9,993 bases of DNA, taken from Octopus sinensis. Its lineage: Eukaryota. Below, one piece after another: positions 1-7,037 of this stretch. Position 1 is the stretch's first letter. Each line of letters opens with the position of its first letter. The DNA lies in assembly GCF_006345805.1 (NCBI RefSeq), contig NW_021827707.1, positions 1 to 9,993 of the forward strand, read 5' to 3'. A program made the position numbers and the translations under genes. The notes below the pieces were generated by a model that was given only the letters and a program-made list of their open reading frames with translations, made no database searches and was not told the DNA's origin.

Positions 1-40
<40 letters not shown>
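1..40. repeat. (TA)n microsatellite
   Basis: Perfect TA run at the window start. Confidence 0.98.
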
Positions 41-41
<1 letters not shown>

Positions 42-302
42 GCATGTGATATACACAACTGCACATTGACAAAAATTCTCGTAAACCTAATGACAAAATG
101 ATTTGCAGAGAAAATTTCGCATTTCTAACCTGCCAAAAATGTACAAAAAATAAACAAAAAGATAACAAAAAAAAAACAAAAAAAAGACATTCAGCTAGAT
201 TCTTATTTGGCAAGTAATGACAATTATTCCTGCTGAGATAGGAATTGGTAACGAAAGAAACGAAGCAAAAATATATATAAAAACAAAAAAAAAACAAAAA
301 CG

Positions 303-478
303 AGTCGTTATTGTTTTAACGTTGTTGTGTTGTTGTTATTTGTGGTGGTGGTGGTGGTGGTGTTGGTAATGTCTTATATTTGTTGTTCTTATTGAATGTT
401 ATGGTTCTCGTCTTGTTTTCTGTGTAGTGTGTTGTATGAGGTTGTTGTTGTTGGTGGTGTTGTTGTTGTTGTTTGTGT
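303..478. repeat. Imperfect (TTG)n/(GTG)n trinucleotide repeat
   Basis: Runs of gttgttgtt and ggtggtggt; these explain the Gln/Pro-rich ORF 316..504. Confidence 0.9.
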
Positions 479-689
479 CTTTCTTTACAATTCCAGCCAA
501 ACATTTTCTAAAAGATTTCTTTCTTTGATGTCTCGAGATAATTGCAAACGAAAGTAATTATGTAATCGCACGTAAACAAAGATAGATACGCCACGCATAT
601 CTTTACATACAGTTAAAACCATACACATACGATCGTATATACGCATACATTCAGACATACATATTAGCATACGCGCACATTAAATCACA

Positions 690-805
690 TACAGATATGC
701 ACACGTTCACACATACACTCACACATACACACACACAAAATATATAATCACATATATATATGTAGTAGGTATGTATATATATGTATATATATATATATAT
801 ATAAT

Positions 806-836
<31 letters not shown>

Positions 837-1030
837 TTATATACGCTTATATATCCGGACAAATATATACACAAAACGCATGCATATATGTGTATACACA
901 CACGCTCGTGCTCAGTTACTCACATATATACACTGGCATTCAAACATATATAGACTCACACACATACTCGCATATACACACAAGAAAACAAAAAACACAC
1001 ACACACACACACACACACGCACGCACATGT
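690..1030. repeat. Compound (CA)n/(TA)n microsatellite field
   Basis: Alternating CA and TA dinucleotide runs. Confidence 0.9.
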
Positions 1031-1215
1031 ATAAAAGAGTTAGCTACTAACTAGTTAGTCACCTTGATAATTATATTTTCCGTGTATAAACTGTATGCCG
1101 AATAACTATACCCATATATAGTATTTGCTTAATATAATCATAAAATTGAAAAATATTGCTGTACATAGCGTTATATATATATATATATATATATATATAC
1201 TTAATAAAATCGATG

Positions 1216-1247
1216 GGAAATGGAAATTAATTAAAATTTCCATTTCC
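1216..1247. repeat. 13-bp perfect inverted repeat with 6-nt spacer
   Basis: GGAAATGGAAATT (1216-1228), spacer AATTAA, then AATTTCCATTTCC (1235-1247). Confidence 0.85.
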
Positions 1248-1285
1248 AGTGGCCTAGCGTGTGAAAAATTAGTCCAAAGACTATT

Positions 1286-1713
1286 TATTACTCATAAAAT
1301 ACAGTGTACACTTGAAAACTTAGTTTTTATTTTTCATTTCGTTCCTTTCGGAATTTTATCCCAAATTTGGTGGTTTTAGAAACTAGCTGTTCTTTCTAGC
1401 GTGATGAATCCTATGTGTGGATTCCTATTATGTGTATAAATGTACACTGTGCATGTACACACCACCAATGCATATGTATATGTAAAAGTATATTATATTT
1501 GTGTTTTTGTATACGTAAATATGTATAGGTACATAGATCTCTCTCGCTCCCTCTCTCTTTCTCTCACTCCGACCCAATTTCACTCCCTCTCCCTCTCACT
1601 CCCTCCTCATCCCTTTCCCCATATGTACAACGTGTGATGGGTAAATTGTTACCATTTCATATTTTCAATTTCACGCATTGTTTGTTTTTGTACACTGTAT
1701 TTTATGAGTAATA
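1286..1713. mobile_element. Candidate MITE with 23-bp perfect terminal inverted repeats and TA flanks
   Basis: TTACTCATAAAATACAGTGTACA (1288-1310) and its exact reverse complement (1689-1711), each bordered by TA (1286-1287, 1712-1713). The interior is non-coding. Confidence 0.55.
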
Positions 1714-1737
1714 TATATATATATATATATCTATAGA

Positions 1738-1771
<34 letters not shown>

Positions 1772-1828
1772 TATAATTATATATATATATATAATATATA
1801 TTATATATTATATAATATATATATATTA
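1712..1828. repeat. Imperfect (TA)n microsatellite
   Basis: TA run with interruptions. Confidence 0.95.
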
Positions 1829-1975
1829 CGTTACATCATTAGGGTTCAGTAAAATAATTTACTTTACTACACACCGAACTTTTCGAAATAGCAGCCAAAA
1901 ATTTTAGCTATTTCCTCTACTATAAGAAAAGTCTCCAGAAATGTATACTCATATATATATATATATCATATATAT

Positions 1976-1994
1976 AATACCAGACTATGTTTTA

Positions 1995-2042
<48 letters not shown>

Positions 2043-2060
2043 AAAACATAGTCTGGTATT
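1976..2060. repeat. 85-bp palindrome: ~25-bp unique arms around a (TA)n centre
   Basis: AATACCAGACTATGTTTTA(A)CTTTA-(TA)n-TAAAGTAAAACATAGTCTGGTATT; the arms differ by one indel. Confidence 0.95.
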
Positions 2061-2087
2061 CACAATTTTTATTATGGTATTTTAACA

Positions 2088-2129
2088 CAAAATTAGCGCT
2101 TTCATACATAACATACTCATCAGATATTA
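2088..2129 (-). ncRNA. Minimal type I hammerhead ribozyme with palindromic stem III
   Basis: The - strand reads TAATAT CTGATGA GTATG TTA TGTAT GAA AGCGCT A ATTTTG. It has an exact CUGAUGA/GAAA core, stem I TAATAT/ATTTTG (4 Watson-Crick pairs, 1 wobble, 1 mismatch), a wobble-rich stem II and self-complementary AGCGCU. The predicted cut follows CUA, between 2094 and 2093. Confidence 0.85.
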
Positions 2130-2315
2130 AATGTGTTTAACTAACATTTGAGGTCTTCAAAACTTTAGTACCTCATAGAACGCTCCAGCACGCTGAGTTT
2201 TTAGAATACATTTTTGATCAATCCGTATGCTCTTAAACATCACCGTTTGTCAGGCGTACCGATATTCTGTATCTTGTTTATATTTATTAACCCACATCAT
2301 AAACTGGTTGTTATA

Positions 2316-2513
2316 TTATTGCTTGTTATTTCCGTTCAGAACAGGTCTGAACATTTCAATAAACCGTTTTTCTTTTATCTTTCTTCCAACCTCACTTGTG
2401 TCTTGTGGTTTGTGGAAATGAAAAATTAAAAACATTTTCTGACCACATGTCTTATATGTTCGCTCAATATTATTTGGTGAACATTTCTGTTCTAGATTTT
2501 ATTGTCCGTGGAC
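2316..2513 (-). pseudogene. GIY-YIG endonuclease C-terminal half of a PLE ORF, frameshifted
   Basis: Manual translation gives VH..(QI)...LSEHIR, a frameshift, then TCGQKMFLIFHFHKPQDTSEVGRKIKEKRFIEMFRPVLNGNNKQ*. This fits the PLE pattern HxxQI...SEHIxxCG..F.IFPF.K...R..kE..FI..F.P.LN with the conserved Glu and Asn. Confidence 0.8.
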
Positions 2514-2534
2514 GCCTCAGCTAAATATAGTACG

Positions 2535-2649
2535 TACACACACACACACACACACACACACCATATATATATATATATACACACATACATACATATGTAT
2601 ATATGTATATATGCATATGTATGTATGTGTGTGTATCTCTCTCTCTCTC

Positions 2650-2698
<49 letters not shown>
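2535..2698. repeat. Compound (CA)(TA)(CT)(TA) microsatellite
   Basis: Direct reading. Confidence 0.95.
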
Positions 2699-2887
2699 GT
2701 GAGAATTTACAAAAAAAAAAGATGAAGACGGTTTGGTAAACAACAAACTGATGCATTGGTTTAACGCTCGGGAAGTGAGAAAGTCTTTTACGTTTCGATC
2801 CTACGCTCTTCGACAGAAAAGGACAGAGAAATAAACAGGGAGAGAAAATAAAAAAAGGTTTAGTGGCTAGTGATCTATCATGCGAAC
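2695..2887 (-). mobile_element. pLTR-like repeat, family 2, copy A
   Basis: Direct repeat of 4019-4188 (2759-2819 vs 4088-4148 match at 60/61 nt) and a diverged inverted homolog of ~5955-6110. It contains an HHR-like motif and is flanked by microsatellites. Confidence 0.75.
2783..2820 (-). ncRNA. Minimal hammerhead variant (A6U), copy A, one stem II mismatch
   Basis: The - strand reads TTTT CTGTCGA A GAGC GTAG GATC GAA ACGT A AAAGAC, with palindromic ACGU as stem III. The predicted cut is between 2789 and 2788. Confidence 0.6.
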
Positions 2888-2895
2888 ACACACAC

Positions 2896-2954
<59 letters not shown>

Positions 2955-2963
<9 letters not shown>

Positions 2964-3090
2964 TAGATAGAAGGAGATCCCGAGAAGGGAAGACAGAGGA
3001 AAAAAATGGCCACGGTACACACGAGGTCACATTTTGAAAGACCGGAAGTCGAAAGTGAAGAAGGTTGTTTTCAAAGACAGAAGAGTGTTG
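2955..3090. repeat. Unclassified interspersed repeat fragment, possibly another pLTR piece
   Basis: A higher-complexity block bounded by (TA)n on both sides. Its - strand end (TTTTTTTCCTCTGTCTTCCCTTCTCGGGATCT) loosely resembles the pyrimidine tract that precedes the HHR in 5950-5995. Confidence 0.35.
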
Positions 3091-3270
3091 TATATATATA
3101 TATACACACACACACACACGCACGCACACATACATATTTATATATGTATATACACATATAAAGTATACAAATGTACACACATATACACGCACACTTACAG
3201 ACTCATGCGTGTGTATGTGTGTGCGCGCGTACATGTGTATGTGTGTTTGTGTGTGTGCGTCTGTGCATGT
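3091..3270. repeat. Compound (TA)/(CA)/(TG) microsatellite
   Basis: Direct reading. Confidence 0.9.
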
Positions 3271-4018
3271 AAGCGAGTGCCATGCAGGATCTTGAAGATT
3301 CACACAGCAAATATCCAATCTAGACGTAACTGGCTCTTAGACATTAGAAGGTTTCTATTACATTAAGAACCTCATCAAAGAGGACGAAATATTCAGAACG
3401 CTTTCGTTGGCTTCCATCTTTAACCGAAACAAAACTTGTGAGAAAGTTCCACATTGTGAGTGCACCATATACACACAAAACCATATTCACACCACACCTT
3501 ATATTCACACACATTTCAAGTTAAATTTTTAATAAAACGATTTAAATCCTCCATGTTTAATAAGAGTCTCTCAGACATACTTTGTCGCTAAATGGTATTC
3601 AGAGTCTTGCTTAAATCTTTCCGTTTTCATGAAGCATTGGTCGTCGGTGACTCTTCTCCATTGTTCTAGACTTGGATCTATCTTTTCTGTTTTTCTCCAA
3701 TTGGATCCCTGTTTTGCTTTTCCCTTTGTTTCTCCGGAGAAAGGTTTTCCTCTCCCAAGACCTGTTCCTTTTGAAATGTCATCGACGTTTGCTTCTTTTC
3801 TAGATACGGGGGTTGGGTCAATGCAAATGCATTTTTAGCCCTTTCTTAGGTATTTGTCATATTTGGTAATGTTCAAAGAATTTCAAACTGAACTCTTTAC
3901 TAAATTCATGGGGTACGTTATTCTCATTCTGCTGGCCAGACCAGGGTTGTTCACTTCGTGTATATATATATATATATATATATAATTATCTATCTATCTA
4001 TCTATCTATATAGAATAC

Positions 4019-4188
4019 TATAGTGAGAATTTACAAAAAAAAAACAAAAGACGAAGACGGTTGGGTAAACAACAAACAAATGTATTAGTTTAACGCTCGG
4101 GAAGTGAGAAAGTCTTTTACGTTTCGAGCCTACGCTCTTCGACAGAAAGGAACAGAAAAATAAACAGGGAGAGAAAACAGAAAAAGGT
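4019..4188 (-). mobile_element. pLTR-like repeat, family 2, copy B
   Basis: Homologous to 2695-2887 from TATAGTGAGAATTTAC to AAAAAGGT, then interrupted next to the SINE 3' end. Confidence 0.75.
4114..4149 (-). ncRNA. Minimal hammerhead variant (A6U), copy B, all stems intact
   Basis: The - strand reads CTTT CTGTCGA A GAGC GTAG GCTC GAA ACGT A AAAG, giving stem I CTTT/AAAG, stem II GAGC/GCTC and palindromic ACGU. The predicted cut is between 4118 and 4117. Confidence 0.7.
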
Positions 4189-4208
4189 AAAATAGATAGA
4201 AAAAGGTA

Positions 4209-4421
4209 TACTTGTTTCAGACAGCTGACTGCGGGCATGCTGGAGCACTGCCTTGTAGTCGAGAAAAATCGACCCCTGGAGTTATTCTTTCTAAGTCTGG
4301 TACTTACTTATTCGATCGGTCTCTTTCGCCGGACTGCTAAGTTACGCTCGTCAAGCGATGGAGTGGGGACAAACACAGACACAAATACACACACACAGAC
4401 ACAAACACACACACACACGCA

Positions 4422-4455
<34 letters not shown>

Positions 4456-4622
4456 TATATATATATACACAACGGGCTTCTTTCAGTTTCCGTCTACCGA
4501 ATCCAGTCACTAGGCTTTGGTCGGCCCGAGGCTATAGTAGAAGACACTTGCTCAAGGTGCCACGCCGAAGGACTGAACGCGGAACCATATGGGTGAGAAG
4601 CAAGATTTTTTACCACACAGCG
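4209..4622 (-). mobile_element. tRNA-headed SINE with internal microsatellite, near full length
   Basis: The head (4471-4622) is the reverse-complement homolog of 8455-8616, with degenerate A and B boxes. A (TA)/(TG) tract occupies 4381-4470 and a GC-richer 3' body ends GCAGTGCTCCAGCATGCCCGCAGTC...GAAACAAGTA. Joining head and body into one element relies on my recollection of an abundant octopus repeat. Confidence 0.75.
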
Positions 4623-5100
4623 CTTATATTTAATTTGTTAAATTTTTGGCAAGAATAGCAAATTCTGAGATTTTTTACATGTACCGATTTTTGCTCACAA
4701 TTAATGATCACACTATCAGATAACCACACGATATGTATATCAGCTTTTAGTAGAATGGAACTGAAGGTGTTAATGTTATTGTTTACGAGGAAATTATTCA
4801 AGCGACGTATAAGGGAAAAAACATACTTCCTATGTATTTAATAAATAATAAACAAAGATATAATTTTTTTTTCGACACTGAAATACGAAATATCAAATCA
4901 TAACATCGTTTGTAATATAGAAAATAATCTATACTTCTCACTTATCCTTGCAAAAAAATTCGATATACTTTATTAGTGTCCAATAAATTTCGAATTATTT
5001 TCTTTTCAAAAAGATTTATGTTTATCTTTCCAAAGAACAATTACCGAGTTGAAAGCAATGAAAATCAATTCGGTTGAACTGTAAAACTGTAAAATAACAT

Positions 5101-5200
5101 TATTTATTGATTTATTTATGCTCCCTTTTCAAGCCTAGCCAGGCTCATGGGCCCGGTTTCCCGGTTTCTGTGGCGTATGTGTTCCCCCAGCAGGACAGTG
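5101..5200 (-). mobile_element. Probable 3' end of a SINE or LINE with stem-loop and (AAAT)n-like tail
   Basis: The - strand has a GC-rich block ending GAGCCT-GGCT-AGGCTT GAAAAGGGAGCAT followed by AAATAAATCAATAAATAAT. Confidence 0.4.
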
Positions 5201-5208
5201 CAATCTGA

Positions 5209-5836
5209 GGACATGTACCGAGAGTGATAAAAATTTAGCATCCAGTCAACATCATGATGTTTGGAGTGATCGCTAGTGATGGCGATGTTATAACTTTATT
5301 CATCTTCCAGCGCGGCCTCAATACGGAATCCTATATCAAGTCCCTGGTGCAGGTACGTCTGCCCTGGGTCAAGAGGGTGGCTGCTGGAGGACCCTATATC
5401 TGGTAACAGGACTCAGCACCATGCCATTTCAAGCAGGAGAACACAGTCATGGCTGTCAGAAAATTTCTGTGACCACATCACCCCTAACATTTGGCCACCT
5501 AGCTCCCTAGACTGCAATCCCCTTCATTATTATGTGTGGGGTGCAATTGAGCGAGAGACCAACACAGCACCTTGTAACACCAAAGAAGAAGTGAAGGCAA
5601 GGATTATGGCAGCATTCACCAACTTAAACAAGGAGACTGTCCAGAAGAGTTGCAGGAGATTCCGAAGTTATCTGGAGGTCGTGGTTCAAGCTAATGGCGA
5701 TTTTAATGTAGAAATTTACTGTTTAGTATTTCAAGATAGTTTGATGTAATTTTGGTAAATATGACTGTAGAAATGAGATGTCAGTGTTGTTTTAATTTTT
5801 GCGTAATTTAGATGACAGTTTATTCACCGCACCCTC
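5209..5836 (+). mobile_element. 5'-truncated Tc1/mariner element, DD37D (maT) family, inactive transposase remnant plus right TIR
   Basis: Translation gives HPVNIMMFGVIASDG...LPWVKRVAAGGPYIW*QDSAPCH, a +1 frameshift, then SRRTQSWLSENFCDHITPNIWPPSSLDCNPLHYYVWGAIE. Correcting the frameshift leaves 37 residues between Asp (5410) and the third catalytic position (5525, now His). Stops lie at 5236 and 5404. The end reads GAGGGTGCGGTGAATAAAC on the - strand, similar to CAGGGTG-type TIRs. Confidence 0.92.
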
Positions 5837-5850
5837 TTTGTGAGTACATA

Positions 5851-5885
<35 letters not shown>

Positions 5886-5888
<3 letters not shown>

Positions 5889-6133
5889 TGATCTCTGACT
5901 TGTGGCCGAAATCAGACCGCCATGTTGAATCGTTAGCTCCTGCACGCATTTTTTTTCTCCCTTGTTTCTCTCCGGGTTCTTTTCTGTGTATCTTTCTGTT
6001 GAAGAGCGTAGGCTCGAAACGTAAAAAGACTGTTCTATTTCTATTCCTGAGCGCCATACTAATACAATTGTTTGTTTTTACTCCACCTGCCTTCGTCTTT
6101 TGTTTATCTTCGTAAAGCTTCCCGTTATTTTTT
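5886..6133 (+). mobile_element. pLTR-like repeat, family 2, diverged copy C in opposite orientation
   Basis: Shares GAAGAGCGTAGGCTCGAAACGTAAAA(A)GAC and downstream blocks (AATACA..TTGTTTGTT, CTTCGTCTTTTG) with the reverse complement of copies A and B; bounded by (TA)n. Confidence 0.7.
5991..6029 (+). ncRNA. Minimal hammerhead variant (A6U), copy C
   Basis: TCTTT CTGTTGA A GAGC GTAG GCTC GAA ACGT A AAAAGA; the predicted cut follows 6023. Confidence 0.65.
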
Positions 6134-6255
6134 ATATATATATATATTATATATATATATATATACATAAGTATAAACACATATACACAGACACATACAC
6201 ACACACACACACTCACAGAGGCACACGCACACACACACATACACACTCTTATATC

Positions 6256-6322
6256 GTAAGTACACAGAAACATGAAACACAGAAAATGTACTAATATTAT
6301 TCTTTTTCTGTTTTTGTTCCAG
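6256..6322 (+). other. Candidate 67-nt spliceosomal intron or strong 3' splice site
   Basis: GTAAGT donor (6256-6261), branch-like TACTAAT (6289-6295), pyrimidine tract (6299-6320) and CAG acceptor ending at 6322. Confidence 0.4.
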
Positions 6323-6421
6323 GTACGTTGGTAATGTATTATTTTCTGGTGAATATCAGTCTTTGAAAACTGAAGATGTCAGGTTTTGTAACACCGATAA
6401 ATAAATAAATAAATTAAAAGT

Positions 6422-6428
6422 AATATAC

Positions 6429-6461
<33 letters not shown>

Positions 6462-6475
6462 ACATTAATAGTAAG

Positions 6476-6513
<38 letters not shown>

Positions 6514-6519
6514 TTATAT

Positions 6520-6576
<57 letters not shown>

Positions 6577-6595
6577 ATATATATATATATATATA
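6422..6595. repeat. Long imperfect (TA)n microsatellite
   Basis: Direct reading. Confidence 0.95.
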
Positions 6596-6756
6596 GCTTA
6601 GTTGAAATGTGTTTGTCACATATTTCAACTGCTAAAGGCAATATATATACAATATATATTACGCATGCACACATATATTTTATTTATTGATTTGTATCGG
6701 TATGTTGATGGAAACAGGAGAAATAGAACTCAAATACGACTATATGTATACTTTTA

Positions 6757-6868
6757 TTAATATCTAGCAGAAGTAACAGAGAGACTCAGCTTCCGAGAGT
6801 TTCGTATCAAACAGTTTGATACGTGCCAACGCATGAAGCAACATTCTCTTACATCTGCTAAATATTAA
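6757..6868 (-). other. Multi-stem fold-back element, hammerhead-like but lacking CUGANGA
   Basis: An outer imperfect inverted repeat (6757-6782 / 6845-6868), an inner perfect 10-bp inverted repeat (6803-6812 / 6814-6823) and GAA-ACTC-loop-GAGT-C on the - strand. Confidence 0.5.
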
Positions 6869-6918
6869 TATTATATATATTATATATATATATATATATA
6901 TAATATATATATATATAT

Positions 6919-7037
6919 ATTTATTATATAGAAGGAGCTTCTACAGGACTAGAACTGTTTCATTCAAGAGAAATCTTCAAGATTTCTCTTGAATGAAACA
7001 GTTCTAGTCCTGTAGAAGCTCCTTCTATATAATAAAT
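6919..7037. repeat. Perfect palindrome, 59-bp arms, 1-nt spacer (C6978)
   Basis: 6919-6977 is the exact reverse complement of 6979-7037, checked base by base. Confidence 0.98.

Larger units (their letters stand above)
2040..2520 (-). mobile_element. 5'-truncated Penelope-like retroelement (GIY-YIG C-terminus, 3'UTR/pLTR, hammerhead)
   Basis: On the - strand, the order is a GIY-YIG C-terminal remnant, a stop at 2316-2318, ~190 nt of UTR, a minimal HHR and a terminus in (TA)n. This is the established layout of a PLE 3' end. Confidence 0.85.

Noticed and set aside
1400-1425. GTGATGA followed by hairpin ATCC/GGAT
   Set aside because: No GAAA follows the stem and there is no stem I or III, so it is not a hammerhead.
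316-3366. ORF-track entries rich in YI, HT, CV or Q/P repeats (e.g. 316..504, 719..901, 771..953, 2492..2746, 2664..3020, 2878..3318, 3034..3366)
   Set aside because: They are translations of di- and trinucleotide microsatellites, which lack stops; there is no domain evidence.
5534-5749. Functional transposase CDS
   Set aside because: It is only the C-terminal fragment of a copy with upstream stops, a frameshift and a mutated catalytic residue.
2664-6115. Recurring peptide LSKSVGSKRK in ORFs 2664..3020, 4002..4238 and 5840..6115
   Set aside because: It comes from the repeated hammerhead-containing DNA motif, and the surrounding frames are microsatellite. RNA structure explains the conservation better than a protein family.
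6370-6400. CTGAAGA core-like heptamer followed by AATAAA repeats
   Set aside because: There is no pairable stem II and no GAAA; at most a very decayed relic.
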